A stretch of DNA of 64,000 nucleotides from an uncultured delta proteobacterium (GCA_963806225.1 CAWDXG010000001.1:1024001-1088000), one strand, 5' to 3'; positions 47,608 to 59,841 are shown, counted from the first letter of the stretch. Notes: generated by a model from the sequence alone, not told the origin. Translations and numbers: made by a program.

Positions 47608-49686
47608 CTATGGGGAAATAGAAAAGCCCGCGGTCAGTGGCAGATCGCGGCTGGAGGTGCCGACCTCGACGCCGTAGTGGAGCGTCTCGAGCTTCCATGA
47701 CGAGCTCTTCGTGTCCCAGTAGCGGAGGTCGGTGGCTTTCACCTCGAGCTTCACCGTCTGCGTCTCGCCGGGCTCGAGCTCGACACGCTGGAAGGCCTCG
47801 AGCGTACGCGCCGCGCGCAGTACCTTCGAGCCGGGATAGCTGACGTACAGCTGAACGACCTCGGCGCCCGCGCGCGCTCCGGTGTTGGTCACGTCCACGC
47901 TGGCCTCGAGCGTGCCATCCGGCGCGAGTGCCGTGCTGCCGAGACGCAGCTTGGCGAGCTTGAAGCTGGTGTACGACAGCCCGAAGCCGAACGGGTACTC
48001 GGGCGTCTCCTGCTGGTCGTCCACCCATCGGTAGCCGTGCAGGTAGCCGTAGGTGACGGCGGTCTGGTCGTTGATGAACGGCGGCAGCTGGCTCTCGTCG
48101 GTGGGGACGGTGAGTGGCAGGTGCCCGGAGGGATTCACCTCGCCGAACAGCACGCGCGCGATGGCCGTGCCACCCTGCTCGCCGGGGTACCAGGCCATCA
48201 GCAGTGCGGGGACCTCGCCGACCCAGTCGTGCACGGTGATCGCGCTGCCGCCTTCCAGTATCACGATGGTGCGCGCGTTCTGCGCGGCGACGGCGTGGAT
48301 GAGCGCCTGGTGCCCGGCGGAGAGCTGCATCGTGCTGCGATCGCCGCCGGGGCTGCCCTTGCCCATGTACTCGCCCTCGTCGTCGGCGGTCAGGCCTACC
48401 ACGACCACCGCGGCGTCGGCTGCGGCGACCTTGGCAAGAGCGGCGCTGGAGAGCGTAGGGCCGGGCAGCGCATCGACGGCAATGCCGCCGGCCAGGCTCC
48501 GGATGCCCTCGAGGGGCGTGACGGCCGACGCGGGCACCGAGTTGCTGCTGCCCTTGTCGCCGAGGTTCACCGTGCTCGCGAGCTCGCCGACGACCGCGAG
48601 GCGCGTGATCTTGTTCCGGTCGAGCGGCAGCGCTCCGCCGTCGTTCTTCAAGAGCACGATGGCCTCTTCCTCGGCCTTCTGCGCCAGCGCCTTGTGCGTG
48701 TCGTTCTCGACCACGTCGAGCGGCGGCTTGGCGGGCTTGTCCAGGTGGAAGCGGAACTTGATGCGCAGGATGCGGCGTACCGCGTCGTCGATGACCTTTT
48801 CCGGCACCTGGCCCTGCTTCACGGCCTCGAGCAGCTTGTCGCCGAAATACGCCGGGGCCGGCATCTCGATGTCGAGGCCCGCTTTGGCGGCGGCTACGGT
48901 GCTGCGCGTGCCGAGCGTCCAGTCGCTCACCACGAAGCCGTCGAAGCCCCAGTCGCCGTCGAGCACGTCGCCGAGGTTTTCGGCGTTCTCGCTGCAATAG
49001 TGGCCGTTGACGCTGTTGTAGGCGCTCATCACCGAGCCGACGTGCGCTTCCTCTACGGCCTTCCTGAACTGCGGCATGTAGACTTCGCGCAGCGTGCGCG
49101 CGTCGATCGTCACGTCCACGTCGAAGCGCACGTCCTCGATGCTGTTGGCGACGAAGTGCTTGGCGTTGGCGATGACCCACTTCTGCGCGCCCTCGATGAA
49201 CGCCGCGCCCATCTCGCCGATGTGGAACGGATCCTCGCCGTAGGTTTCCTGCGCGCGGCCCCAGCGCGGGTGGCGCAGCACGTTGATCGTGGGCGCGAGC
49301 AGCACGTTGCCGCCCTTGGCGGCCAGCTCCTGGCCCATCGCTTCGCCGATCTGCTGCTCGAGCGGCGGATCCCAGGTCGCGCCCCGCGCCATGCCGACGG
49401 GGAACGTGGTGGCAGTGCCGATGCGCACGCCCCGCGGGCCGTCGCTCATGCGGAACGACGGGATACCGAGCCGCTTTTCGTCCGGCGTCTCGTAGAGGCC
49501 GTCGACGGGCACGAGGCTCGTGCCGTGCATCTGATCAATCTTCTCCTCGAGCGTCATGCGCTCCAGGATCCGGTCGATGCGCGCTTCGGGTCCCACATTT
49601 TCGCTCTTGTTGTCGGCTCCACATGCCGGGAGGGAAGCGAGCAGGGCACAGAGCAGCGCCGGGCCGGCCCAGCGGCTAGCCTGCAT
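47608..49686 (-). CDS. GH3 beta-glucosidase, lipoprotein, with Fn3-like domain
   Basis: SDGPRG, RHPRWGRAQETYGEDP, AKHF, MSAYN, VVSDW nucleophile, WYPGEQGG, YPFGFGLSYT. Confidence 0.95.
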   Translation of the reverse strand: MQASRWAGPALLCALLASLPACGADNKSENVGPEARIDRILERMTLEEKIDQMHGTSLVPVDGLYETPDEKRLGIPSFRMSDGPRGVRIGTATTFPVGMARGATWDPPLEQQIGEAMGQELAAKGGNVLLAPTINVLRHPRWGRAQETYGEDPFHIGEMGAAFIEGAQKWVIANAKHFVANSIEDVRFDVDVTIDARTLREVYMPQFRKAVEEAHVGSVMSAYNSVNGHYCSENAENLGDVLDGDWGFDGFVVSDWTLGTRSTVAAAKAGLDIEMPAPAYFGDKLLEAVKQGQVPEKVIDDAVRRILRIKFRFHLDKPAKPPLDVVENDTHKALAQKAEEEAIVLLKNDGGALPLDRNKITRLAVVGELASTVNLGDKGSSNSVPASAVTPLEGIRSLAGGIAVDALPGPTLSSAALAKVAAADAAVVVVGLTADDEGEYMGKGSPGGDRSTMQLSAGHQALIHAVAAQNARTIVILEGGSAITVHDWVGEVPALLMAWYPGEQGGTAIARVLFGEVNPSGHLPLTVPTDESQLPPFINDQTAVTYGYLHGYRWVDDQQETPEYPFGFGLSYTSFKLAKLRLGSTALAPDGTLEASVDVTNTGARAGAEVVQLYVSYPGSKVLRAARTLEAFQRVELEPGETQTVKLEVKATDLRYWDTKSSSWKLETLHYGVEVGTSSRDLPLTAGFSISP

Positions 49687-50290
49687 CTTCGCCCGCCCGC
49701 GGGCGTTCGGCCGGCGCGTCGCCTTCCTCGATGCGGTGCCGCTGGCGTGCGCGCAGGCGGTCGAGCAGCTCTTCCCGGTTCGGCGGCGGCTCGACCGGCG
49801 CGACCACCCGTGCATGCAGTCCGCTGTCGGCGTCGTCTTCTGGGGGTGCCGGCTCGGTGGGCCCTGCCGGGCGCGGTTCTGCGCCACCGGCCGTCGCTTC
49901 GGCGAATTCTGGCGAGGCCGGCTCCTCGTCGGGTGGGGCGAGGGGACCCGGCGATGCGGCAGGTCCGGAGTCGACCGGCTCTACCCGAGCGGACGACAGC
50001 ACGCGATTGATGAACTCCTGCGTGTCGGGCGCGACCCGCTGGAAGCGCAGCTTGAGGCCCCCGGGCCGGCCGCCCTCCGGCGCTACTTCCTCGACAATCT
50101 TTCCTTCGGCGCGGATCAGCGTCTGGCCCGACTCGAGGGAGATGTCGCAGCGCACCATGGTGCCGATCGCGAGGCCGGGCGCATCGACGAGAAGCACGGA
50201 GCTCTTCTTGAGCGTCCAGCCTTCGGCGTCGATGAAGCTCTGCTCGTCCTGGAAGGGACGCACGAGCTGCAGCTTCTTGCGACGAGCCAT
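49676..50290 (-). CDS. PilZ-like (TIGR02266-type) myxobacterial domain protein
   Basis: F.DEQSF....., GTMVRCDISL..G..LIRAEGKIV, GGLKLRF..V..DTQEFI. Confidence 0.6.
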   Translation of the reverse strand: MARRKKLQLVRPFQDEQSFIDAEGWTLKKSSVLLVDAPGLAIGTMVRCDISLESGQTLIRAEGKIVEEVAPEGGRPGGLKLRFQRVAPDTQEFINRVLSSARVEPVDSGPAASPGPLAPPDEEPASPEFAEATAGGAEPRPAGPTEPAPPEDDADSGLHARVVAPVEPPPNREELLDRLRARQRHRIEEGDAPAERPRAGEDAG

Positions 50291-50372
50291 CTAGCGGCTC
50301 CTGCCCTGTGCTGACGACACTGCTCGAGACTTCATCGGCTGCGGCCCCCGGGCCCCGATCGTAGCCCGCCTT

Positions 50373-51302
50373 TCAGGGCGAGGCGAAATCCTCGTCGGAC
50401 ACCTCGTCCTCGTCGTCGTCGTCACCAGGCGGCGGCATCTCGCTGTTCGAGACATTCACCCATTCCTGCGACTGCGGAGCCGGTTCCTGCGCGGTGACGG
50501 TTGCGGCTTCTGGTGCGGCCTCGTCGGTCGCCGCTTCCTCCGCGGCGGGCGGCGGCGGCGGTTCAACGTAGCCGTGTGCTTCGGCGATCTTCGGCGCGAT
50601 CACGTTGTCCCATAGGTGGGGCAGCGGAACGTAGTCGACGAGCACCGAAGGCGGCCGCGCTGCGAGCAGATCGCGCTCGGTGAAGGGCTTCTTGTCGTGG
50701 GCGCTCTCGAGTGCGCTCTCGATGATCACGCCGAGCTCCTTCTTCGGCAGTCGCTGGGCGAGCTCGGCGACGGTGATGCCGTCGACCACGTTCCGGTGGC
50801 TGAGCAGGTGGTCGACCAGCGCGCGATCCAGCATGAAGGCGATGTGCGACCTGGCAGCGTCGAGTGCGGCCTTGTCGCCTTCGCGCGCTGTCCAGAACTC
50901 GCCTTCCACGAGGAACGACCAGATCTTCTTGTTGTCGAGATAGCGGATGCGATCGTCCGGCTCGAACACTGCGACGATCGACTCGGCGTCGGTCTCGCCC
51001 TCGTCAAGGGCGATCTGCAGGTCTTCCGCAGCCGACTCCCACGATTTCTTCATCGCGATCTTCTTCTTGAGGCCGGTCGTCAAGACGAGGATCGACGCGC
51101 GCAGGCCCGCTTGGTGCTCGAGACCCTTCATGATCGTCTCGGGCGGGAAGTGGCGGATGAAGTCGTCGGCGCTGCGCCGCCCGATCTCGAGGCTGTGCTC
51201 GACGGCGTGGGCGAGGAAGCGCTGGCGCCCCTCCTTGAGCGAGGAAGAGAAAGCCGGCTTGGCTTCCCCGGCGTCTCCGGCAGCGGTCGGGTTTTCGGAC
51301 AT
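50373..51302 (-). CDS. Hypothetical protein
   Basis: 309-aa ORF, good codon usage, acidic tail. Confidence 0.75.
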   Translation of the reverse strand: MSENPTAAGDAGEAKPAFSSSLKEGRQRFLAHAVEHSLEIGRRSADDFIRHFPPETIMKGLEHQAGLRASILVLTTGLKKKIAMKKSWESAAEDLQIALDEGETDAESIVAVFEPDDRIRYLDNKKIWSFLVEGEFWTAREGDKAALDAARSHIAFMLDRALVDHLLSHRNVVDGITVAELAQRLPKKELGVIIESALESAHDKKPFTERDLLAARPPSVLVDYVPLPHLWDNVIAPKIAEAHGYVEPPPPPAAEEAATDEAAPEAATVTAQEPAPQSQEWVNVSNSEMPPPGDDDDEDEVSDEDFASP

Positions 51303-51412
51303 GGGTCACCTTCCCCCGGTGTGCTCGCGTGTCAGTGGTCTGGGAGGATGGAGGGTATCCGATCTTTTGCCCGGCTGCCGGGACTTGCCGTGCGGGCGGT
51401 GTTCCAACGGGA

Positions 51413-53353
51413 TCAGCGCCGGCCGGGAGCAGGCTTTTTCCGCCCCTTTGCGGGCTGGCTGCTGCCCGCGGCAGCAGCGAACTGCTTGAAGAAGTCGTCG
51501 CCGGAGCCGGCGCTGCCGGTGGGCTCCGGAGCGGCCGCGGTCTCGCTGGTGCCCGCTTTTTCCGGCTCGGGCGCCGGAGCGGCGGCGGATGCCGTGGGGT
51601 GTGGAGTCGGATTTTCGGCGGGCGACGCAGTGTGCGGCGCCGCAGCGGCAGTCGGCGGAGACGGCGCGGAGGGGGACGTGGCTGGAGCCGGGCTTCGGTT
51701 CCTGCCGAGGATGACGAGCGCCAGCACGACGAGCAGCGCGACACCGCCGATCGCCAGTACCCACAACAGGGCGCCCCGCCGCTGTCTGGCGGGGGGTGAG
51801 GCTGGGACCAACGGCTCTGCCATGTCCGGTCCGCCGGTCAGGCCGGACAGGAGCTCGCTTCCGGTGGTGGCCGGCAGGAGCGGCGGCGCGTCGTTTGCGG
51901 GCGGGGAGAGCCCCGCCGCGCTGGGCAGCGAGGGCGGGGCTTCGTTGTCCGGGGCGGAAGCGCGAGCGGCGCTGGGCAGCGGCGGCGGAGCTTCGTTGTC
52001 CGGGGCCGAGGCACGCGGCGGAGGCGGAGCCGGGGGTATCGCGGCGGGAGTGTCGACCGTGCCGAGCATCTCGGGGCGGACGCTGGTGATGATCTCGTAC
52101 CCGTCGTCGCTGGTGGCGGCTTCTGGTGCTGCGGCGGGAGTTCCGCGCGAGACAGAGCGCGGCAGCGGCGGAGCGGCCGGAGCGGCCGGAGTGTCGACCG
52201 TGTCGACCATCTCGGGGCGGACGCTGGTGATGATCTCGTATTCTTCGTCGCTTGTCGCGTGGGGCGCCTGGTGCGCGGTGCTGTCGCTCGATCCCTTCAG
52301 GAACGGGTTGGGCGCGGGCAGAGCCGCGTGTCGCGGCGGCGGTGGCTTCCGGGCCGGCGGCTTCTTCGCGGCCACCGGCGCCTTGTCCGCCACGGGTGGC
52401 ACGGGCCGATGCGCCGGCGTCTTCGGCAGATGCGCCGCGAGCTCGGCAACCTCGCCGATCGGTAGCCAGTCGCTCATCCCTTCGCGCCACACGATCGTCT
52501 CTGCCGTGAGCGCGCCTCGGCCGAGCTCGCGCGCGATGTCCGCTTCGGCCATCTTGCGGTCGTCGGCCTCGTCGTCGTAGCTGACGAGCCAGCGCGTCGA
52601 CGCGCTGGCGGCCCGCGGGGCCTTTGCGGCAGCAGACCTGGGTGCCGCGACAGGCGGCCGTGGCGACGCGGCTTTCGCAGGGGCGGGCTTCGGGGCCGCG
52701 GCTTTCGCAGGGGCAGGCTTCGGGGTCGCGGCTTTCGCAGGCGCAGGCTTCGGGGTCGCGGCTTTCGCAGGCGCGGGCTTCGGGGTTGCGGCCTGCGCAG
52801 GCGCGGGCTTCGGGGTCGCGGCCTTCGCAGGGGCAGGCTTCGGGGTCGCGGCCTTCGTCGGGGCAGGCTTCGGGGTCGCGGCCTTCGTCGGGGCAGGCTT
52901 CGGGGTCGCGGCCTTCGCCGGGGCAGGCTTCGCAGAAGCGGTGGGCTTTTCGCCTGGAACGGGGCCGGCGGTCGTGGGCCCGGGCGCCGGCATGGGAGGC
53001 GCGGGGATGCTCCAGGACAAGTCGACGTCTGCTGCGCCGGCCGGTTTCCTCGCCGTCGGAGCCGCCCGGGGGGGGACCGCTTCGGGCTTGGCCGCTTCGG
53101 GCTTGGCGGCTTCGGGCTTGGCGGCTTCGGGCTTGGCGGCTTCGGGCTTGGCCGCTTCGGGCTTGGCCGCTTCGGGCTTGGCCGCTTCGGCTTTCGTCAC
53201 GCGCGGTGGCGACACGGTGCCGTCCACCCGCATGCCGCCCTTGCAGCGCTTGCACTTGAGCACCGCGACCTGTCCCGCGACCCGCCGCTCATAGACCCCG
53301 TCGGGGATCTTCAGCGCGTGCCCGCACTCCGGGCAGGAGACCGAGACTGCCAT
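51413..53353 (-). CDS. Zinc-ribbon + GYF_2 domain membrane protein (GltJ/AgmX-like N-terminal architecture)
   Basis: CPEC...CKRC, Lys/Ala/Pro repeats, WLV....TIVWREGMSDWLPIGEV, TM helix. Confidence 0.8.
   Translation of the reverse strand: MAVSVSCPECGHALKIPDGVYERRVAGQVAVLKCKRCKGGMRVDGTVSPPRVTKAEAAKPEAAKPEAAKPEAAKPEAAKPEAAKPEAAKPEAVPPRAAPTARKPAGAADVDLSWSIPAPPMPAPGPTTAGPVPGEKPTASAKPAPAKAATPKPAPTKAATPKPAPTKAATPKPAPAKAATPKPAPAQAATPKPAPAKAATPKPAPAKAATPKPAPAKAAAPKPAPAKAASPRPPVAAPRSAAAKAPRAASASTRWLVSYDDEADDRKMAEADIARELGRGALTAETIVWREGMSDWLPIGEVAELAAHLPKTPAHRPVPPVADKAPVAAKKPPARKPPPPRHAALPAPNPFLKGSSDSTAHQAPHATSDEEYEIITSVRPEMVDTVDTPAAPAAPPLPRSVSRGTPAAAPEAATSDDGYEIITSVRPEMLGTVDTPAAIPPAPPPPRASAPDNEAPPPLPSAARASAPDNEAPPSLPSAAGLSPPANDAPPLLPATTGSELLSGLTGGPDMAEPLVPASPPARQRRGALLWVLAIGGVALLVVLALVILGRNRSPAPATSPSAPSPPTAAAAPHTASPAENPTPHPTASAAAPAPEPEKAGTSETAAAPEPTGSAGSGDDFFKQFAAAAGSSQPAKGRKKPAPGRR
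52668..52933 (-). repeat. 30-bp tandem repeat (PKPAPAKAAT x~9)
   Basis: gcggc(t/c)ttcgcaggggcaggcttcggggtc units. Confidence 0.9.
53079..53190 (-). repeat. 15-bp tandem repeat (EAAKP x7)
   Basis: gcttcgggcttggc(c/g) units. Confidence 0.9.
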
Positions 53354-53424
53354 GCGACGGCAAGCCTACACGTTGCTTCGCGGAGCCTCAAACGCCGCGG
53401 GCCGGCGCGGCGACCGGCTGCCCG

Positions 53425-54876
<1,452 letters not shown>

Positions 54877-55105
54877 CTCCGTTTGCGGCTCTCGGTGAAG
54901 AATGGTCCGGGCCGGAACAGGACTTGATAGCAGATCAGCGGTGCAGGCGCCCGGAGCATCTGGGCTATCGCGGCAAGTCGATTCCGGCGGGCGGCAGGAG
55001 GGAGCCACGCCTAGCCCAGGTTCGGCCGGAAGTCCCAACAAAAAGAGCCGGACGCACTGGGACAGCAGGAACTCGCGCTGTTCCGGACCTGCGCCCGGGG
55101 CATCG

Positions 55106-56335
55106 TTACGACCCCGACGCGGCGCCCGCGCGCCCGGCCAGCGGCTCGGAAGGCGGCAGTCGTCTGGGCGGCAGCACCAGAGCCCCGCTCGCTGCGACGC
55201 CGCCATGCCGCGGGATCCTGTACTCCTTTTTGGCCTGGATCAGCGTCGAACGGAGCCCGTTCGCGCGCTGGATGGCCTGGACGGTGGTGTGGTAGCGCCG
55301 CGCGAGCTGCGCCAGGGTCTCGCCCTTCTTGACCTTGTGCGTGACGTAATACGTCGGCGGCTTGATCAGGCCGTGCTTGACCAGCAGCGGGTAGGCTCTC
55401 CGGGCCCGGGCCTGCGCCTTGGGGCTGTAGAAGCGCACGTGGATGTGCGTGCGGTGTCCCGCGGCGTGGATGATGAGCGGTCGGAGCTTGCCCGGGCGGC
55501 CGCGGAAGACGTCGTCCAACCAGGCGCGGTCCTCGCCGATCGACAGCGCGTAGTCCTTGATGAGCTTCTGGATCGAGCGATCGATGATGAGCAGCTTGAC
55601 GTCGGTCAAAGTGATCACCGCCCTCACGAAAGCCCACGTGCGCGGCAGGTCGAGGTTGTCGCGCGTGGCGTAGCGGTACCAGCGCTGCTTGTCCGGCTTG
55701 TAGTAGTAGCTCACGTCGACGTCGCGCCCCGACTGGTGGCTGACGTGCGGCACGAGGTGACCGCCGTGGCGTGCACTGATGTGCCCGATGTACATTGGCG
55801 GTGAACCGGGGAACTCGTCGTTGACGTGTTCGATGCAGCGGATCAGGTCATCGACCGTCTCCCGCGTGCCCCACTCGTGTGCCGCGTCGACGCGCTTCCA
55901 GTGTTCGCCTGGTGGCATCTGCACGCCGTTGAACAGGGCGCCGGCATCACAGCTGCCGACCGAGATCGAGCCGAGCCGGTCCGGATTCTCGAGCAGGGTC
56001 TTGTCGATCTCCTGCGTGGTCATGCCGGCGAGCGGATCGGGAGGCTTCGTGCCGTGGCCCAGATAGCCGGCGGCTCCGCTCCCGCCGCTGTCGTCGAGCG
56101 GCTCGTCCTCGCTCTCGTTCGAGTAGGCCGGATCGTTCGCCGGTGGGTCGGCGGCGGGCTTGGCGGGCGCGCTCCCCGCGTCGTTGCCGCCCGTCGTACC
56201 GGCGCCGGGAGCGGGTGCCGACTGGGCGTGCGGTGCAGAATGCGCGGGCGCTGTGACGGCAGGCGCGGTCAGCGTCGACCGGCCGGCGCAGGCCGCTACT
56301 GCCAGCATCAGGAGCGGGAGCAGGCTCCGGTGCAT
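55106..56335 (-). CDS. MepA-like penicillin-insensitive murein endopeptidase with LysM, lipoprotein
   Basis: Lipobox [29 protein letters not shown], Lys[24 protein letters not shown]. Confidence 0.88.
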   Translation of the reverse strand: MHRSLLPLLMLAVAACAGRSTLTAPAVTAPAHSAPHAQSAPAPGAGTTGGNDAGSAPAKPAADPPANDPAYSNESEDEPLDDSGGSGAAGYLGHGTKPPDPLAGMTTQEIDKTLLENPDRLGSISVGSCDAGALFNGVQMPPGEHWKRVDAAHEWGTRETVDDLIRCIEHVNDEFPGSPPMYIGHISARHGGHLVPHVSHQSGRDVDVSYYYKPDKQRWYRYATRDNLDLPRTWAFVRAVITLTDVKLLIIDRSIQKLIKDYALSIGEDRAWLDDVFRGRPGKLRPLIIHAAGHRTHIHVRFYSPKAQARARRAYPLLVKHGLIKPPTYYVTHKVKKGETLAQLARRYHTTVQAIQRANGLRSTLIQAKKEYRIPRHGGVAASGALVLPPRRLPPSEPLAGRAGAASGS

Positions 56336-56574
56336 GAGGTCGAACGGTAGTCGACAGAGCGGGGGCGCGCCAATCGCGACCGCTCTGACCCTTCAAGCAA
56401 GCCGCGCGAACCCGCTGCTCTCGCGCCGCGACCCAGCCTGTGCGTGTGGGTCCATGTGCTCCATATCGCACGTTGTCCTTCCATTCTGCGCTTGCGGGGC
56501 AGACGACGCTTTCCATCTGCTGCTGTTTCGGGCATTGCTTTCTGGGCAACACTCGAGAAAGGGGGTCGTCGACG

Positions 56575-57066
56575 ATGATGGTTCCGGGGCACGACGGTCA
56601 GCAGGGGCTCACGCGCGAGCAGCGGCGCTCGCGACGCAAGCGGCGGGTGCGCGCGAAGACGATCAGCGTCAAGCGCCTCAGTCAGCGAGAGTTGGCACGG
56701 GGAAGGCGGGAGTTCGCCGAGCTCGACGCAGCGCGTCCGAGGACGCGTGCAGAGTGTGAGGACGGCCCCAGGCCGTGCCCGCACGTGTCGTGCAGGCATC
56801 ACCTGTATCTGGACGTGTCGCCACAGACAGGCGCGATCAAGCTGAATTTCCCCGACCTGGAAGTCTGGGAGATGGCGATTTCGTGCGCATTGGACGTGGC
56901 TGACGACGGCGGCGTCACGCTGGAAGACGTTGGCAGCATCATGAACCTGACGCGCGAGCGCATCCGGCAGATGGAGATCAAGGCGCTGTCGCGACTTTCG
57001 TCGGTGAGGGACATGAAGGAGCTGCGCGACTACGTGGAACCCGCCGCGCATCCGGGACTCGGGTAG
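56575..57066 (+). CDS. Stand-alone sigma-70 region-4 HTH protein with Cys/His cluster
   Basis: [27 protein letters not shown], then [24 protein letters not shown]. Confidence 0.82.
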   Translation: MMVPGHDGQQGLTREQRRSRRKRRVRAKTISVKRLSQRELARGRREFAELDAARPRTRAECEDGPRPCPHVSCRHHLYLDVSPQTGAIKLNFPDLEVWEMAISCALDVADDGGVTLEDVGSIMNLTRERIRQMEIKALSRLSSVRDMKELRDYVEPAAHPGLG

Positions 57067-57081
57067 CCACGCCGTCCGGCT

Positions 57082-58476
57082 TCAGCACCACCTGACGCGG
57101 ACGCGGTAGGTGATCTTCGTCTTGGCGTTGGCCGGGACCTTCACGGTGAAGGTGAAGGTGTGGGCGTCCAGCTTCTTTGTCGGGTGGCTGGAGGAGAGGA
57201 TCGACCACTCACCGCCGATGGGCTCGAAGTCCTCGACCGTGACGGCGCTGTTCTTGTGGTTCCTGAGCTCGATCTGCCATGCGCTCTCGGACGCGCAGGT
57301 GCCGAGTGTTCTCCAGTCGGTCTGCTTTCGCTCGCCGACCACGTCGAAGGCCTCGCCCATCTTGATGCGGAGCTTCTCGTCCTTCGGCGTGTGGTCGATG
57401 GAGTCCTCGCCGATGAACTGCTTCTGTCCCGAGCTGTCGGCCTTGTAGACGCGGACGGTGCCCTTGGGCAGCGGCATGCCCATGTGGTTCTGCCTGGAGT
57501 TCTTGATGTCGAGGTAGACGCCCACCTTCTGGTTCGACATCACCTGTCCGTAGCGTCCGCGGTACCAGTACTGCTGGCCGTAGAAGATGAGCTTCTTGTC
57601 GACGTGGAGGCCGGCCGCCTGGAGCAGCGTGACCTGCTTCTGCTCGTTGTCGAGCACGTCGGTCGGATGCGAGAGCGTGTACAGGTGGTACTCGAAAAAG
57701 CCCTCCTCGCGGAAACCGGGGCCCCGGTCGTCCTGTTCCTTGTCGGCGGCACCGTCTTCGTCCAGCGCGTCCATCGGCGGCTGCACGCGGTTCACGTCGC
57801 CGGCGACGAGCTTGAGGTGGGCGTTCTTGTAGGAGGCGCCAGAACGGTTGTCGAGCGTGACCCAGCCGGTGAGATCGCCGCGCCGGTCGTTCTTGCCGAT
57901 GACCAGCACGTAGTCGGCATGCCAGTTGATGCCGCCTGTGAGGTAGGTGGCCTCGACGCGCTGGCGCGGCTGCTTGCTCTGTAGCTTCCAGACGAGCGTG
58001 GGCTTGGCGATGAGGTTGTCGGGCACGCTGGGAAATGCGAAGCGCCCTGGGAAACCGTAGGTGACCTCGCCGTTCACGCGCACGACGGCCTGGCCGTTCA
58101 CCACACTGAGCAGGTCCGCGTTGTAGACGATGTCGCGCCCGCGCTTGTCGTCCCAGCGGTAGAGCTTGACCTTCTTGCCCACGTATTTCTGCAGCAGCTT
58201 CTGGGGGCTGAGCAGGTCGTAGCGGTAGTTCTGCTCGAGCACGTCGAGCGCGCCGGGATTGGTGAGCGACTTGATGTGCACGGTTGCGGGCTGGATGCGC
58301 GAAGCGACATCGCGGAAGTCGAGCGAGACCTGCCCCGTGCCGAGATCGACGTCGCGCACCTCGCGCACCAGCCCCAGATTCTGGTTGTAGACGGTGATGT
58401 CCACTTCCTTGCGGTCGGCGGAGGTCGAGTGCTTGCCCGCCGGTGCCGCGTGGGCGGTGGAGCCGGCGAACAGGCC
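57082..58476 (-). repeat. Dispersed ~1.39-kb near-identical direct repeat, copy 2 (partner 32325..33713)
   Basis: Direct comparison by eye; 78-bp divergent block at about 57710-57787. Confidence 0.92.
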
Positions 58477-58554
58477 CGTCCCGACCAGGAGTAGGCCGGC
58501 GAGGTGGCCGAACGAGCTACGGGAGCTTTCCAGGATAGAGCGACGCACCATCAT
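57082..58554 (-). CDS. DUF4139 domain secreted protein (copy C, near-identical to copy B)
   Basis: Same motifs as 32325..33797; own signal peptide. Confidence 0.88.
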   Translation of the reverse strand: MMVRRSILESSRSSFGHLAGLLLVGTGLFAGSTAHAAPAGKHSTSADRKEVDITVYNQNLGLVREVRDVDLGTGQVSLDFRDVASRIQPATVHIKSLTNPGALDVLEQNYRYDLLSPQKLLQKYVGKKVKLYRWDDKRGRDIVYNADLLSVVNGQAVVRVNGEVTYGFPGRFAFPSVPDNLIAKPTLVWKLQSKQPRQRVEATYLTGGINWHADYVLVIGKNDRRGDLTGWVTLDNRSGASYKNAHLKLVAGDVNRVQPPMDALDEDGAADKEQDDRGPGFREEGFFEYHLYTLSHPTDVLDNEQKQVTLLQAAGLHVDKKLIFYGQQYWYRGRYGQVMSNQKVGVYLDIKNSRQNHMGMPLPKGTVRVYKADSSGQKQFIGEDSIDHTPKDEKLRIKMGEAFDVVGERKQTDWRTLGTCASESAWQIELRNHKNSAVTVEDFEPIGGEWSILSSSHPTKKLDAHTFTFTVKVPANAKTKITYRVRVRWC

Positions 58555-58856
58555 CCTCTCGAACGCAGGCCTCGCCGCGAGCTTACACCCGCCCGGACGA
58601 ACGAGCGCGATCCCCCGAGCCGACCCGCCGGCGGCATGTCGGTACGGTGCTTGCAGACCAGATCCAGCGTGGCTGGCATGAAGCGAGAGTGCGCGGTCGA
58701 GCCCACGGAAAGCGCAGCACCCGTTCCGCCCGGTCGCGCAACTCACCTCAGCTCCAGCGCAGCTTCTGCGTATCGCACCTGCTCGCACCCGCTTCACGCA
58801 CGGGGGCTAATTGCGCCGGCGATGCGGCGCCATGTTGCAGGTTGGGAGACTTGAAG

Positions 58857-59795
58857 ATGGCTGACACCGAACCGGTTCACCTGGCGCCCCGGGCGCGCAT
58901 CCCGACGCCGACCGAGGGGCTCGAGGCGGTCACCTCGCGGCCCGGGTCGGCGCCCCACGCGCGTGACCACTCGCTGCTCATGACCCTCGCGGGCGAACAG
59001 CCAGGATTGGTCGTGGAGCTGAGGGGGCCAGAGGTGGTGATCGGGCGCGGCGACCGCGTCGGACTACGCGTCACGGATCCCGGTGTGTCCTGGCGTCACG
59101 CGCGCGTGTTCAAGAGCGGCGGCCACTACTACATCGAGGATCTCCGCAGCACCAACGGCACTTTCGTGGGGGCCGAGCGAGTCGTCGAGCCGCGGCGGCT
59201 GGAGGACGGCGACCACATCGGGCTCGGACGGCGGACCGTGCTGCGCTACGGCCGCTACGACGATCTCGAAGCCGACGCGGCAATGCGCATGTACGAGTCG
59301 ACGGTGCGCGACGCGCTGACCGGTGCGCACAATCGCAGCTACTTCGACGAGCGCTTGCGCAGCGAGTTCTCGTTCGCCCAGCGGCACGAGTCGAGCCTGT
59401 CGCTGCTGATGCTCGACATCGATCACTTCAAGCTGGTCAACGACGCCCACGGGCATGCCGTCGGCGACGCCGTGCTGCGAGTCCTGGTGCGTCTGCTCGA
59501 ACGGATCGTCAGACCTGAAGACGTGCTGGCGCGCTACGGGGGAGAGGAATTCGTGGTCTTGGCCCGCGAGATCTCCACGGACAATGCCAATATCCTTGCC
59601 GATCGCATCTGTGCACAGGTCGCCGCGCTGGAGCTGCCCTGGCAGGATTCGACGATCCGCATCACGGTGAGCGTGGGCGTCGCGACGCAGTCGACCGACT
59701 CCGTGTACGACAGCCCACAGGGCCTGGTCGCGGCCGCCGACTCGGCGATGTACGAAGCCAAGGCGCGTGGGCGCAACCAGGTCGTGACGGCGTGA
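58857..59795 (+). CDS. FHA-GGDEF diguanylate cyclase
   Basis: IGRG..D.GVSWRHA..STNGTF; DALTG..NR, DIDHFK.VND..GH..GD, RPED I-site, RYGGEEF. Confidence 0.93.
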   Translation: MADTEPVHLAPRARIPTPTEGLEAVTSRPGSAPHARDHSLLMTLAGEQPGLVVELRGPEVVIGRGDRVGLRVTDPGVSWRHARVFKSGGHYYIEDLRSTNGTFVGAERVVEPRRLEDGDHIGLGRRTVLRYGRYDDLEADAAMRMYESTVRDALTGAHNRSYFDERLRSEFSFAQRHESSLSLLMLDIDHFKLVNDAHGHAVGDAVLRVLVRLLERIVRPEDVLARYGGEEFVVLAREISTDNANILADRICAQVAALELPWQDSTIRITVSVGVATQSTDSVYDSPQGLVAAADSAMYEAKARGRNQVVTA

Positions 59796-59841
59796 GCCGC
59801 GGGTCGACCCCTGACGCGAGCGTGGTGCCGGACGCCCGGAT

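Noticed and set aside
52668..53190. Tandem repeats as a possible CRISPR array
   Set aside because: No unique spacers, repeats are in-frame coding units, and no cas genes are present
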